From: Candidatus Eiseniibacteriota bacterium
GTDB lineage: Bacteria; Eisenbacteria; RBG-16-71-46
DNA: 64,000 bases
Assembly (NCBI GenBank): GCA_963725865.1
Contig: CAVSAC010000014.1
Span: forward strand, 128,001-192,000
Direction of reading: 5' to 3'
The notes under the pieces were generated by a model that ran no database searches, had not been told where the DNA came from, and saw only the letters and a program-made list of their open reading frames with translations. The translations under genes were made by a program, and so were the position numbers. Positions 1 through 13,870 of the stretch are shown here, in pieces (the stretch's first letter is position 1; each line of letters starts with the position of its first letter).

Positions 1-1517
1 GTGCGGCGCACCACGCGCTCCCACTCGTTCGCGGCGACCTCGAACTGCGCGGCCGAATGCCGGCCCGCGGCGTCGACCGACAGCTTGTGGGCACCGCGTG
101 CCAGGGCCCGCACGCTGTCGGGCAGTTGCGCGAACGGCGCGAGCGCCAGATCGAGCGTGGTCTCCTGGCCGCGGCCGCCGCGGAAGTGCAGCTCCTGCGG
201 CGCGCCCGCGCTGCCCCCCTCGGCGAGACTCTTGGTGGCGGTCGTGCTCTGCTGCGACAGCGCGCCGGCCGCGGGCGCCGGCGGCGACTGGCCCGCGCCG
301 CCGAGCGCCAGCGGCTGGTCGAGCACCGCCACCGGCTGCAGCGCCAGCGCCAGATCGGGCGTCTGCGCCTCGATCGTCACGTTGCGCATCACGGTCTGGA
401 AGCCGACGGCCAGGATGCTGAGCGTCCGCGCGCCGGTCGGAGCGGTGAGGCAGAAGCGCCCCGCGCGATCCGTCGTCACGCCCATGCCGAGGTCGGTCAG
501 CACCACCTGGGCGCCGACCACCGGGCGGCCGCGGTCGTCCACGACCGCGCCGCACAGCAACCCGCGCGGCGCGTCCGCCGCGATCCGCCGGTCGGTCGAG
601 CGCGGCGCGGCGGACTCGCGCGACGAGCCCAGCGCGGGGGCCGGCGCGTTCGCGCGCACCGGCGCCGGTGCCGGCGCGTTCGCGCGCACCGGCGCGGGCG
701 CCTGCTCCAGCGCCGCGGTGCCGGGCGCGGTGTCCGCGCGACGCTCGAGCGGCTCCGCGCGCGTGGGCTTGCGCACGCGGCCGGGCTGGTCCGCCGGGCT
801 CGGCGGCGGTTCGGGTGCGTTCGACTTCATCGCGAACGTGCGCGGCGGATTCACCGGCAGGTCCTCGCCGCCGGGTCCGCGCCGCACCTCGTACGCGCGC
901 TGCGGGGACACCATCTCGTTGCGCGATCGCGGAGGCGCGGCGGCGCGGGCGGTCGACGGAGCCGCGCGATCGCGGGCGGCGGCCGGCGGCGCCGGCGGTG
1001 TCGCCTGGGCGTGCGGCGGTGTGGCGGTCGACGAGGGCATCGGCGCCGCCTCGTGCAGCGCGTCCAGCGGAGCGGCCATCCGCTCCTCGTCGGCCGGCGG
1101 AGTGGTCGGCGCCGCCGACTCGGTCGTGGTGGCGGTGCGACGCGCGAGGTCCGGCTGCGGCTGGCGCGCGACCACGATCACGAGCGCGGCACCCGCCATC
1201 ACCGCGACCACGCCGCCGGCCCACGCCAGTCGCCGCGGTGACCAGAACCCGCCGAGCGGCGGCGCCAGCGGCGCGGGCGCGCTCGCGGGTGCGGCCGCGA
1301 TGCGCCCGGCGACCCGCTCGGCGAACGAGGCGAAGTAGGCGTCGCCGGGATCGTGCGCGAGCGCGTCCTTGAGATCCTCGGTCTCGCGCACCACGCGATC
1401 GAGCGCCCGCTGGCACGCGTGGCAGCTCGCCAGGTGGTGCTCGACGTCCTCGAGCGCGCGCCCGATCAGCCCGCCGTCGGCGTGGGCGCTCAGCTGTTCG
1501 GGGCTCAGGTGGTTCAT
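1..1517 (-). CDS. Anti-sigma factor (zf-HC2, TM helix, periplasmic carboxypeptidase-regulatory-like domain); partial, runs off the left edge
   Basis: Manual translation MNHLSPEQLSAHADGGL...HLASCHAC (HxxxCxxC). The ATG at 1517 overlaps the sigma stop (ATGA). It later reads GAVVDDRGRPVVGAQVVLTDLGMGVTTDRAGRF. Confidence 0.85.
   Translation of the reverse strand, partial: MNHLSPEQLSAHADGGLIGRALEDVEHHLASCHACQRALDRVVRETEDLKDALAHDPGDAYFASFAERVAGRIAAAPASAPAPLAPPLGGFWSPRRLAWAGGVVAVMAGAALVIVVARQPQPDLARRTATTTESAAPTTPPADEERMAAPLDALHEAAPMPSSTATPPHAQATPPAPPAAARDRAAPSTARAAAPPRSRNEMVSPQRAYEVRRGPGGEDLPVNPPRTFAMKSNAPEPPPSPADQPGRVRKPTRAEPLERRADTAPGTAALEQAPAPVRANAPAPAPVRANAPAPALGSSRESAAPRSTDRRIAADAPRGLLCGAVVDDRGRPVVGAQVVLTDLGMGVTTDRAGRFCLTAPTGARTLSILAVGFQTVMRNVTIEAQTPDLALALQPVAVLDQPLALGGAGQSPPAPAAGALSQQSTTATKSLAEGGSAGAPQELHFRGGRGQETTLDLALAPFAQLPDSVRALARGAHKLSVDAAGRHSAAQFEVAANEWERVVRR
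640..695. repeat. Two identical 26-bp direct repeats with a 30-bp period (PVRANAPA x2 in the anti-sigma linker)
   Basis: gccggcgcgttcgcgcgcaccggcgc at 640-665 and 670-695. Confidence 0.9.
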
Positions 1518-2110
1518 GCTCGTTCTCCGGTCCGCGCCGCGAGGCGCGTCTTCAGCTCGGCTCGCGCACGCGAGAGCCGCGACATCACGGTCCCCGGCGG
1601 CACCCCCAGCGCGCGGGCGATCTCCTCGTACGACAGGTCCTCGACCGCGCGCAGCACCAGCACGAGCTGATGGTCGTGCGAGAGCTCCGCGAACGCCGCC
1701 GCGAGCTGGACGTCGTGCTCGCGCTTGGCGGTGTGCTCGGCCGGATCATCCTCCGCTCCGAACTGGCGCCCGGCCTCGAGCATCGGCTCGATCGGATCCT
1801 CCGGACGCCGCTTGCGGCGCCGGAACAGCGAGAACGCCAGGTTGACCGTGATGCGCGACAGCCAGGGGTAGAGCGGCTCCCCGACGCGGAAGCGGCTCAG
1901 CGCCTGCCACGCGCGCACGAAGGTCTCCTGGGCGAGGTCGTCCGCGTCGCTCGGATTGCGGGTCAGGCCGTGCGCCAGCCGGTAGATCGCGCGCTGATAG
2001 TGGCGCACGAGCTGGCCGAACGCGGCCTGATCGCCACCCTGGGCGGCGAGGAGCAGTCCTGCTTCCTCGCCCGGTTCCATCCATGCCGTACGCCGCTCGA
2101 GGGGGTTCAT
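1514..2110 (-). CDS. ECF RNA polymerase sigma factor
   Basis: Region 2 motif DADDLAQETFVRAW; region 4 motif LSYEEIARALGVPPGTVMSRLSRAR. Confidence 0.95.
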   Translation of the reverse strand: MNPLERRTAWMEPGEEAGLLLAAQGGDQAAFGQLVRHYQRAIYRLAHGLTRNPSDADDLAQETFVRAWQALSRFRVGEPLYPWLSRITVNLAFSLFRRRKRRPEDPIEPMLEAGRQFGAEDDPAEHTAKREHDVQLAAAFAELSHDHQLVLVLRAVEDLSYEEIARALGVPPGTVMSRLSRARAELKTRLAARTGERA

Positions 2111-2213
2111 TCCCGAGGACGGTTACCGCCGCGGGGGTCGGGGGTCAAGGTGTTGGATATGCGGGGGGTTGGGGCGGAGGCCCGCAGCCGGGCTTTTCCC
2201 CCCGGATCGTGCC

Positions 2214-2930
2214 TCAGGCGCCCGGGGTCGCGCTCTCCGCGGCCCGGCACTCCGCCCGCGCCGCCGCCAGCGCGGCCCGCGGGTCGGCCGCGGCGGTGAC
2301 GGCGCGGCCGAGCACCAGCAGGCCGGCGCCGAGGCGGACCGCCTCGGTGATGGTGGCGACCCGCGCCTGGTCCTGGGTGGCGCCGCCGGCCGGGCGGATG
2401 CCGGGGGTCACCGCGTAGAACGGCGCCGGATGGTGGTGGCGCACGCCCGCGAGATCGGCGGCCGAGCACACGATGCCCTTCGCCCCCGCGCGCACGCTGA
2501 TCGCCAGCAGCGCGGCGATGGTCTCGTGCAGCGCGAACGGCCGCGCGAAGCCGGGCGGCAGGTCGGCCGGATCGAGGCTCGTGAGCAGGGTGACCGCCAC
2601 GATCGCGGTCGATCCGCCGGCGCGCGCGATGCCGCGCGCCGCCGCCTCGATCATCGCCGCGCCCCCGCTCGCGTGCACCGTCAGCAGCTCGGCGCCCAGC
2701 CGCGCGACCTCGGCGGCCGCACCTTCGACGGTGTGGGGGATGTCGTGGAGCTTGAGGTCGAGGAACACGCGGCGCCCGCGCGCCCGCAGCGCGCGCACCG
2801 CCTCGGGACCGGCCGCGGTGAACAGCTGCAGTCCGACCTTGGCGACCTCGGGTCCCTCGCCGAGCCGCGCGTCGAGCGCCAGCGCCTGCTCCAGCGTGGG
2901 CACGTCGAACGCGATCGCCAGCTCGCTCAC
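2214..2930 (-). CDS. pyrF: Orotidine-5'-phosphate decarboxylase
   Basis: AFD...KVGLQLF...FLDLKLHDIPHTV...VTPGIRP. The GTG start overlaps the pyrD stop. Confidence 0.95.
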   Translation of the reverse strand: MSELAIAFDVPTLEQALALDARLGEGPEVAKVGLQLFTAAGPEAVRALRARGRRVFLDLKLHDIPHTVEGAAAEVARLGAELLTVHASGGAAMIEAAARGIARAGGSTAIVAVTLLTSLDPADLPPGFARPFALHETIAALLAISVRAGAKGIVCSAADLAGVRHHHPAPFYAVTPGIRPAGGATQDQARVATITEAVRLGAGLLVLGRAVTAAADPRAALAAARAECRAAESATPGA

Positions 2931-4006
2931 GCGCGCCCTCCCGCGCGTCCGCGCCGCGTCGGCGCCGCCGCGACCGCGACGCCGCGGTGCGGCCCGCGCG
3001 CCGCCCGCGCGGGCGCCTGGGCGTCGGCGCCCGCGAGGCAGCCGCGCCACGCGTCGAGCGAGCGCACGCCGTGCGCGGCGAGCCACGCGGCCATCTCCTC
3101 GGCGATCGTCTGCGCCGCCCGCGGGTGGATGAACGACGCGGTGCCCACCTGGATCGCGGCCGCGCCGACCGCGATGTACTCGAGCGCGTCGCGCCCGTTC
3201 ATGATGCCGCCGGAGCCGATGACCGGGATGCGCACCGCCTGCGCCGCCTCGTGGCAGCGCGCCAGCGCGAGCGGCTTGATCGCCGGCCCCGAGAGGCCGC
3301 CGGTGCGCCGCGCGAGCCTGGTGCGGCGGTGCTCGAGGTCGAGCGCCAGCCCGACGAACGTGTTCACCGCGGTCACCGCGTCGGCGCCGCCGGCCTCGCA
3401 CGCGCGCGCCAGGTCGCCGATCGAGGTCACGTCGGGCGAGAGCTTGGCGATCAGCGCGCGCCGGGTGAGCGGGCGCAGCCGCGCGAGCGTGCGCTCGAGC
3501 CGGCGCGGCACCGCCCAGTAGCGGGCGCCGCCCGCCGCCACGTTCGGACACGAGAAGTTGATCTCGAAGCCCGCGATCCCCTCGACCTCGCCGAGTACCC
3601 CCACCAGGCGCTCCAGCTCGCGCGGGGTCTCGCCGCCGACCGACGCCACGATGGTCGCCCCGAGCGCGCGCAGCCGCGGCACCTTCTCGCGCGCGAACGC
3701 GTCCAGCCCGACGTTCTCGAGCCCGATCGAGTTGAGCATCCCGCCCGCGGTCTCGGCGATGCGCTGCGGCGGGTTGCCGGCGCGCGGTCGCACGGTGACG
3801 GTCTTGGTGATCACGCCGCCGATCGCGCGCAGGTCCACGACGTGGGCGTACTCGTCGCCGTAGCCGAACGTGCCCGAGGCCGTGAGCACCGGGTTGCGTA
3901 GCGCCAGCGGCCCGATGCGGACGGTCAGGTCCACTCCGGAGGTGGCGTCGCGGGCCACCCGGCCGCCCGCCGCGGCCCGCGCGCGACCGGACGGGCGCGC
4001 GCTCAT
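2927..4006 (-). CDS. pyrD: Dihydroorotate dehydrogenase family 1B, catalytic subunit
   Basis: NPVLTASGTFGYG, NSIGLEN, EINFSCPN, GGLSGPAIKP. ATGA overlap with pyrK. Confidence 0.95.
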   Translation of the reverse strand: MSARPSGRARAAAGGRVARDATSGVDLTVRIGPLALRNPVLTASGTFGYGDEYAHVVDLRAIGGVITKTVTVRPRAGNPPQRIAETAGGMLNSIGLENVGLDAFAREKVPRLRALGATIVASVGGETPRELERLVGVLGEVEGIAGFEINFSCPNVAAGGARYWAVPRRLERTLARLRPLTRRALIAKLSPDVTSIGDLARACEAGGADAVTAVNTFVGLALDLEHRRTRLARRTGGLSGPAIKPLALARCHEAAQAVRIPVIGSGGIMNGRDALEYIAVGAAAIQVGTASFIHPRAAQTIAEEMAAWLAAHGVRSLDAWRGCLAGADAQAPARAARGPHRGVAVAAAPTRRGRAGGRA

Positions 4007-4875
4007 TCGATCCTCGTCCAGTCGAGGTCGCGAGCCTCGAACACCGGGCCCTCGGTGCAGCACATCGCGTACTCCGCGTTGCCGTGCAGCGACGGGCTCG
4101 CGGCGGCGCGATAGGCGCGGCGGCGCGCGGCGCTGCGCGGCAGCGGACAGCCGCGGCAGACGCCGGTGCCGCACGCCATCTGCGATTCCATCGCCAGCCA
4201 TGCGTGCGCGTCGTGCGCGATCGCCCACTGCGCGGCCGCCTTGAGCATGGCGTGCGGCCCGCACGCGTGGAGCACCGGGCGCGCGGCCAGCCTGGGGGCG
4301 AGCCGCGCGAGCACGTCGATCACCGTGCCCCGGACACCGCGGCCGCCGTCGTCGGTGCACACGTGCAGCCGCCCGCCCGCGCGCGCGATCCGCGCCCGCG
4401 CCGCCTCGAGGCCCACCAGCAGCGTGCGCGTGCGCGCGCCGAACACCAGGTCGCAGCGCCGGCCGTCCGCCGCGAGCCGCTCGGCCGCGAACAGCAGCGG
4501 GGCGACGCCGCGGCCGCCGGCCAGCAGGATCGGGGCGCCGGGCTCCGCGAGCGGGAATCCGCGCCCGAGCGGCCCCAGCACCTCGACCCGCGCGCCGGCC
4601 GGCAGCGCCGCCAGCGCGCGGGTGCCGGAGCCGACCGCGGCGTACAGGAACCCGAGCGTGAGCGCGCCGGCGCGCTCGCTCGCCGACGCGATGCTCATCG
4701 GGCGCGGCAGCAGCACCGGTCCGCCCTCCATCAGCAGCTGGACGAACTGACCGGGCGCGGGGCGCTCGAAGCCGCGCGGCAGCCGCAGCTCGAGCCAGCG
4801 ATGGTCGGCGCCCTCGTCACGATGCACCGCGACGGTGGCCAGGACCTGGAGCCAGCTCGCGGCCGCGACGCTCAC
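4003..4875 (-). CDS. pyrK: Dihydroorotate dehydrogenase electron-transfer subunit
   Basis: PGQFVQL, RPMSI, GPLGRGF, ACGPHAML, MACGTGVCRGC...CTEGPVF (2Fe-2S). Confidence 0.93.
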   Translation of the reverse strand: MSVAAASWLQVLATVAVHRDEGADHRWLELRLPRGFERPAPGQFVQLLMEGGPVLLPRPMSIASASERAGALTLGFLYAAVGSGTRALAALPAGARVEVLGPLGRGFPLAEPGAPILLAGGRGVAPLLFAAERLAADGRRCDLVFGARTRTLLVGLEAARARIARAGGRLHVCTDDGGRGVRGTVIDVLARLAPRLAARPVLHACGPHAMLKAAAQWAIAHDAHAWLAMESQMACGTGVCRGCPLPRSAARRRAYRAAASPSLHGNAEYAMCCTEGPVFEARDLDWTRIE

Positions 4876-7066
4876 GGGCGCTTCCGGGTGGTGTCCGGGG
4901 TGGCGGGGACCTCCGCGCCGCGCGCGCTGTCGCGGACGGCGGGCGGGTGCGGCGCGCTCGTCGAGTCGCCGGCCGCCGGCGCGGCGTTGCCGTTGCCGCC
5001 CGTGGAGTCGGCGCGAGCGTGCGACCGCAAGCCGCGCGTGGAGTCGGCCGCCGCGGGCGCGGCGCCCGGCTTCCGTTGGGTCGAGTCCGGCGCGGCCGCG
5101 CGCACGTCCAGTCGGCGCGCCCGGCCCTTCTGCTTGGGCGTGAATCGCGGCCGATGCACGACGCTGTCGCCGGCCGCGGTGTCGCGCGCGGCCCCCGCGA
5201 GTCGCGGGCCACCCGCGGGCCCGAGCGGCGTGCGCGCGAGCGCGAGGCTGTCGGCCACGACGCTGTCGGGAACGGCCCCCGCGAGCCCCGGTCCGCCGGC
5301 GGGTCGGCGCGCGGCGCCCGCGAGCGCGCTGCTGTCGAGCGGCGCGCCGGGCTGCATGAACGGACCGCCGCGCAGTCCGGGGCCGGCGAACGAGGGCGGA
5401 CCCATCCGTCCGAGGCTGTCGGGGCGCACTCCGGCCCCCATCGGCGAGCCGAAGATCGCGTTCTGCCACATCGGCGCCGTGCGCGCGGAGTCCAGCGCGG
5501 TCAGCGGTCCGCGCGCGCCGAGCCGCAGGTCCTCGGGCGGCGGCGCGGTCAGGTGCGTGGTGTCGGCGCGGGCGAGCAGCCGCACCGGCATGCGGATCAG
5601 ATCCTGCGGCACCTCGGCGCCCTCGGCCTCGAGGTAGTCGCGCGCCGCGAGCTGCGCCTCGGTGGCGGGGTGCTGGCGCACCACCGCCCAGAACAGCGAG
5701 TCCGCCTCGGCGTTGCGCTCGAGCTTGCGGCTGAGCACCCACGCCTGCGCGTTCAGCGCCTTGGGCTCGTAGGGCGTGCCCTTCAGATCGGCGGCCGCCT
5801 TCTGGTACTCCTGCAGCGCGCGGTCGGGCTTGTCGAGCTGGAACAGGTAGACCTCGGCGCGCACGAACGCCGCCTCGGCGCGCTTCTCGATCGAGTCCCC
5901 GCCGGCGGTCTTGAACTGCGCGAGGCGGTCGAGCGTCGAGAGGCGCTGGGCGGCCTGCTCGCTGTATCCGCCGGCCGTGCCCTGGTCCTTGACCTTGGCG
6001 TACTCGGTGCGCGCCTGGTCGAAATCGTCGGCGGCGGTCTCGTACGCGTACCCGATGCGGTACTGCGCCTCGGCGCCGAGGGTGGTGCGCGGGTAGTCGC
6101 GCAGCACGTCGCGGTACGCCTGCAGCGCCGGCTCCACCCGCCCGGCCAGCAGGTTCGCGGTCCCGATCCGCATCAGCAGCCGCCCGTAGTGGTCGGCGCC
6201 CGGCGTGGACAGCACCGACGACGCCACGAACGTGGAGGCGGCTCCGGTTCCGCCCGCTCCGGTGGTGCCGGCCGGCGGGGTGGGTGGCTGCGGCTCGGTC
6301 TCGTGCGAGATCGCGTCCTTCAGCAGCGCGATCGAGCCGTCGAAGTCGCGCGCCCCCTCGAGGCAGTCGGCCTCGCGCAACAGCCAGCCGAGCCGATCCT
6401 CCTCGGTGAGCGAGTGCTCGCCCAGGAAGCGGTAATCGTCGCGCGCCTTCGCGAAGTCGCCGCGGCTGTAGTACGCCTCGGCGCGCGCCTTGCGCGCCTC
6501 CACCGCGAGCGCGCTCTTGGGGAAGCGCTCGAGCACGACGCCGGCCGCGGCCGCCGCGTCGCCGGGGCGCTGGAGCGCCATCAGCACCCGCGCGCGCTCG
6601 AGCTGCGCGTACGGCACCAGGTCGTGGCGCGGGGACTTCGCGATGAAGTCGTCGAGCGCTCGCAGCGACTCGCTGTAGCGGCGCGCCTGCCGGTAGGCCA
6701 CGCCCAGGTAGAACGTCGCCTCCCCGCGCAGCGGGCTGTCCGGGTAGCGGGTGGTGAAGTCGGACAGCATGCTCACGGTCTGCAGCGGGTCGCTCTGGCC
6801 CAGCAGGGCCTTCGCCCACAGCACGTAGGCGTCGTCGACCCACTTCGAGCGCGGGTACTCGGCGAGCAGCTTCTTGGAGTAGTCGATCGCCTTGTTGAAG
6901 TACTGCGCCTGCATCGCCTGCGCCTTGTCGACGACGTACGGCGCGCCGTCGGTGCCCTTGAAGTAGTTCTTCCGCGCCAGGTAGTACGTGTTGTAGTACG
7001 CGCACGACGAGGCCAGCGCGGCGAGCGCGCCCAGCACCACCAGGCCCCGTAGGGCGCGTGTCGTCC

Positions 7067-7070
<4 letters not shown>
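4872..7070 (-). CDS. TPR-repeat lipoprotein with low-complexity C-terminal tail
   Basis: Lipobox LASSC; repeated TPR units ending YP.S / FP.S; translationally coupled to carB and pyrK. Confidence 0.85.
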
Positions 7071-10281
<3,211 letters not shown>

Positions 10282-10282
<1 letters not shown>

Positions 10283-11457
10283 CAGCGCGCTCCCGCCGGC
10301 GGGCCGCCCAGGGCCGCGGTGAGCTGGACGCCGCGGCGCTGGCCCACCGCGTCCGCGAACGCGCGGAACCACGGCCGCGAGTCGTGCGGGCCCGGGGCGG
10401 CCTCGGGGTGGTACTGGCAGGCGAACACCGGCAGGCGCGCGGTGCACCATGCCCTCGAGCGTCTGGTCGTTGCCGCTGAAGTGGGTCAGCTCGAACTCGC
10501 CCGCGGGCAGCGTGGCGGCGTCCACCATGAAGCCGTGGTTCTGGCTCGTGACCTCGACCGACGCCGGTGCGCCGGTCGATCACCGGATGGTTGGCGCCGC
10601 GGTGCCCGAACTTGAGCTTGCGCGTGGTCGCGCCGAACGCCAGCCCGAGCAGCTGGTGGCCGAGGCAGATGCCGAGCGTCGGCACCGCCTGCGCCACCGC
10701 GCGCGCGGTGGCGATCGCGAAGTCGAGCGGCTCGGGATCGCCGGGGCCGTTCGAGAGCACCACGCCGGCGGGCGCCATCGCGAGCACCTCGCGCGGCCGG
10801 CGTGCGCCCCGGCACCACCCGCACGCGGAAGCCCTCGGCGCGCAGCCGGCGCAGGATGTTCCACTTCACGCCGAAGTCGAACACCACCGCGAGCGGCCGG
10901 TCGACGTCGAGCGGGTCGTCGTGCGCCGCCGGGCCCGCGGCGGTCCACGCGTAGGGCTCCGTGCAGGTCACGCGGTCCACCAGCGCCAGCCCCAGCATGC
11001 TCGGGCTCCAGCGCGCCTTCTCGACCAGCGTGTCGGCGTCGAGGTCCACGCTCGAGAGGCAGCCGCGCATCACGCCGCGCTCGCGCAGGTGGCGCGTGAG
11101 CGCGCGCGTGTCGATGCCGCAGATGCCGGGCACGCCGCGCGCGGCCAGCAGGTCCTCGAGGCGGCCCTGCGAGCGCCACGACGACGGCCGCTCGCACACC
11201 TCGCGGCAGATCAGCGCCTGCGCGCGCAGGGCGGCGCTCTCCATGTCGTCGTCGTTGACGCCGTAGTTGCCGATCAGCGGGTAGGTGAACGTGACGATCT
11301 GCCCGCAGTACGACGGGTCGCTCAGCACCTCCTGGTAGCCGGTCATGGCGGTGTTGAACACCACCTCGCCGCAGGTCTCGACCGGGGCGCCGAACGCCTC
11401 GCCGCGGAACACCCGGCCGTCCTCGAGCGCCAGCAGCGCGGGGGGACGCCGCGTCAA
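10282..11457 (-). CDS. carA: Carbamoyl-phosphate synthase small subunit (apparent frameshifts)
   Basis: LALEDG...[44 protein letters not shown] start with a GGAG RBS. Confidence 0.92.
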
Positions 11458-12780
11458 CGGACGCTCTCCGGGACCGCCGCCCCACCGCGCGCACGGGTCA
11501 CCCGCACCGCCGGATCCGCGTGCGTGCAGTCGTCCGCCGCACACCGTCGCCATCACGCGGCCGGTCAGGCTCCAGCCGCCGAACGGCGTGTTGCGCCCCT
11601 TGGAGTGGAAGCGCTCGGGCTCCACCGTCCACGTCGCGGCCGGGATCGATCAGCACCAGGTCGGCGCGGATCGCCGGGCTCCAGGCGCACCGGCGGCAGG
11701 TCGAACACCCGGCGCGGCGCGTCGGTCCACAGCTCGAGCGCGCGCGCGAGCGACAGGTGCCCGGGCTGGACCAGGAACGTGAGCGTGAGCGCCAGCGCGG
11801 TCTCGAGGCCCACGATGCCGAACGGCGCCTCCTCGAACGGCCGGCGCTTCTCGTCGGCGGTGTGCGGCGCGTGGTCGGTCGCGAGCACGTCGAGCGTGCC
11901 GTCCACGATCGCCGCGATCACGGCGTCGCGGTCGGCCTCCGAGCGCAGCGGCGGGTTCATCTTCGCGTGGGTGTCGTAGCCGTCCACCGCGTCGTCGGTG
12001 AGCGTCCAGTAGTGCGGGACACGTCTCGCCCGTCACGAACAGTCCGCGGCGCTTGGCGTCGCGCAGCGCCTCGAGCGACTCGGCGCACGAGAGGTGCGCC
12101 AGGTGCACGCGCCCGCCGGTGAGCGCCGCCAGCTCCACGTCGCGGCGCACCATCACGCTCTCGGCCGCGTTGGGGATCCCGCGCAGGCCGAGCCGGGTCG
12201 CCATGAACCCCTCGTTCATCTGGCCGTCGCCCCTGAGCGTCGGGATCCTCCTCGTGCCCGATGATCGGCAGCCCGGCGTGGCGCGCGTACTCGAGCGCGC
12301 GGCGCATGATCGAGGCCTTCGCCACCGGGCGCCCGTCGTCGCTGAGCGCCACCGCGCCGCGCGTTCTTCAGCGCCATGAACGGCGCCAGCGTCTCGCCGT
12401 TCTGCCCCATCGTGACTGCGCCGATCGGATGCACGCGGCAGTGCCCGACCTGGGCCGCGCGCTCGCGCACCCACTCGACCTGCGACCGCCTGGTCGAGCA
12501 CCGGGTCGGTGTTGGGCATGCAGCACACCGCGGTGAAGCCGCCGGCCGCCGCCGCGCGGGTGCCGGTCGCGATGGTCTCCTTGACCGACTGGCCGGGCTC
12601 GCGCAGGTGGACGTGCAGGTCGACCAGCCCGGGGGCGACCACCAGCCCGTCGGCGTCGATCACGCTGCCCGCCTCGCGCGCGGCGACGTCCGCCACGATG
12701 CGCCCGTCGCGGAAGCCGAGCTCGACGCGCTCGCCGGTGCGCCAGTGCATCGCGTCGCGGATCAGGGTGATGGGCCTCAT
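11454..12780 (-). CDS. pyrC: Dihydroorotase (apparent frameshifts)
   Basis: [48 protein letters not shown] spread across frames. Confidence 0.92.
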
Positions 12781-13775
12781 GCCGCCACCTCCTCGCGCCG
12801 CGCGCGGGCGCAGCGCACGAGCACCGCGCAGCGCAGCGCCACGCCGTTCTCGACCTGGTCGAGGATCACCGCGCGCTCGCCGTCGGCGACCTCGGGCAGC
12901 ACCTCGACGCCGCGGTTCATCGGCCCCGGGTGCAGCACCACCGCGTCGCGCGCGAGCAGCCGCACGCGCTCCGGCGTGAGCCCCCACACGCGCGAGAACT
13001 CGCCGAGCGAGGGCAGCAGCCCGCCCTCCATGCGCTCCTTCTGGAGCCGCAGCGCCATCACCGCGTCCGCGCCCTCCATCGCCTCCTCGACCGTGGCGGC
13101 CACGTCGCAGCCGAGGCGCTCGATCCCGGCCGGCAGCAGCGTGGCCGGTCCCGCCAGCGTCACGTGCACTCCCAGCGTGCGCAGCCCGTGGATCGCGCTG
13201 CGCGCCACCCGCGAGTGCGCGACGTCGCCCACCAGCGCGAGCCGGCGGCCTTCGAAGCGCCCCTTCCAGGCGTCGCGCAGCGTCAGCAGGTCGAGCAGCC
13301 CCTGCGTCGGATGCTCGTGCCGCCCGTCGCCGGCGTTGATCACGCCCACCTCGAGATGCCGCGTCAGGAACAGCGGTGCGCCCGACGCCACGTGGCGCAC
13401 CACCACCAGGTCGACGCCCATCGCCTCGATGTTCTGGATGGTGTCGAGCAGCGACTCGCCCTTGCTGACCGAGGAGCCCGCGGCGGTGAGCGTCGCGACC
13501 GTGGCCCCCAGGTGGCGCGCCGCCAGCTCGAACGACACCCGGGTGCGGGTCGAGTCCTCGAAGAACGCCAGCAGCACGGTCACGCCGCGCAGGTCGTCGA
13601 ACGGCATGCCCCCGGCGCGCAGGCGCTCGCGCACCCGCTCCGCGGCGTCGAGCATGGCGAGCAACTCCTCGCGCGGCATGCCCTCGAGGCCGAGCAGGTG
13701 ACGGCGGGACGGCGGGGTAGCAAAAGACCCCGCGCCGATCGGCGACGGGGCGGATACGGGGACTGCGGGCTGCAT
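12777..13775 (-). CDS. pyrB: Aspartate carbamoyltransferase catalytic subunit
   Basis: [39 protein letters not shown]; strong GGAGG RBS. Confidence 0.96.
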   Translation of the reverse strand: MQPAVPVSAPSPIGAGSFATPPSRRHLLGLEGMPREELLAMLDAAERVRERLRAGGMPFDDLRGVTVLLAFFEDSTRTRVSFELAARHLGATVATLTAAGSSVSKGESLLDTIQNIEAMGVDLVVVRHVASGAPLFLTRHLEVGVINAGDGRHEHPTQGLLDLLTLRDAWKGRFEGRRLALVGDVAHSRVARSAIHGLRTLGVHVTLAGPATLLPAGIERLGCDVAATVEEAMEGADAVMALRLQKERMEGGLLPSLGEFSRVWGLTPERVRLLARDAVVLHPGPMNRGVEVLPEVADGERAVILDQVENGVALRCAVLVRCARARREEVAA

Positions 13776-13783
13776 CGGCTCCT

Positions 13784-13817
13784 CCCTTCCCGACCTCGCA
13801 GGGCCGAGTTCAAGGGG
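13784..13817 (-). promoter_or_regulatory. PyrR-binding RNA element overlapping the pyrB Shine-Dalgarno region
   Basis: RNA CCCCUUGAACUCGGCCCUGCGAGGUCGGGAAGGG resembles the Bacillus PyrR binding loop (CUUUAA..AGUCCAGAGAGGCU..GAAGG); pyrR lies 2.3 kb upstream. Confidence 0.8.
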
Positions 13818-13841
13818 TGGTGGACGTCTGGACCGGGCGGG

Positions 13842-13870
13842 AAGGTAGCGCAATGGCCCCGGGGAATCAA
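13842..13870 (-). promoter_or_regulatory. Putative sigma70 promoter of the pyr operon
   Basis: TTGATT-N17-TACCTT. Confidence 0.6.

Noticed and set aside
10486..11625. Apparent PyrC-CarA in-frame fusion
   Set aside because: An alternative frame ends at TGA 11454, overlapping the carA TTG with its own RBS. An indel is more likely.
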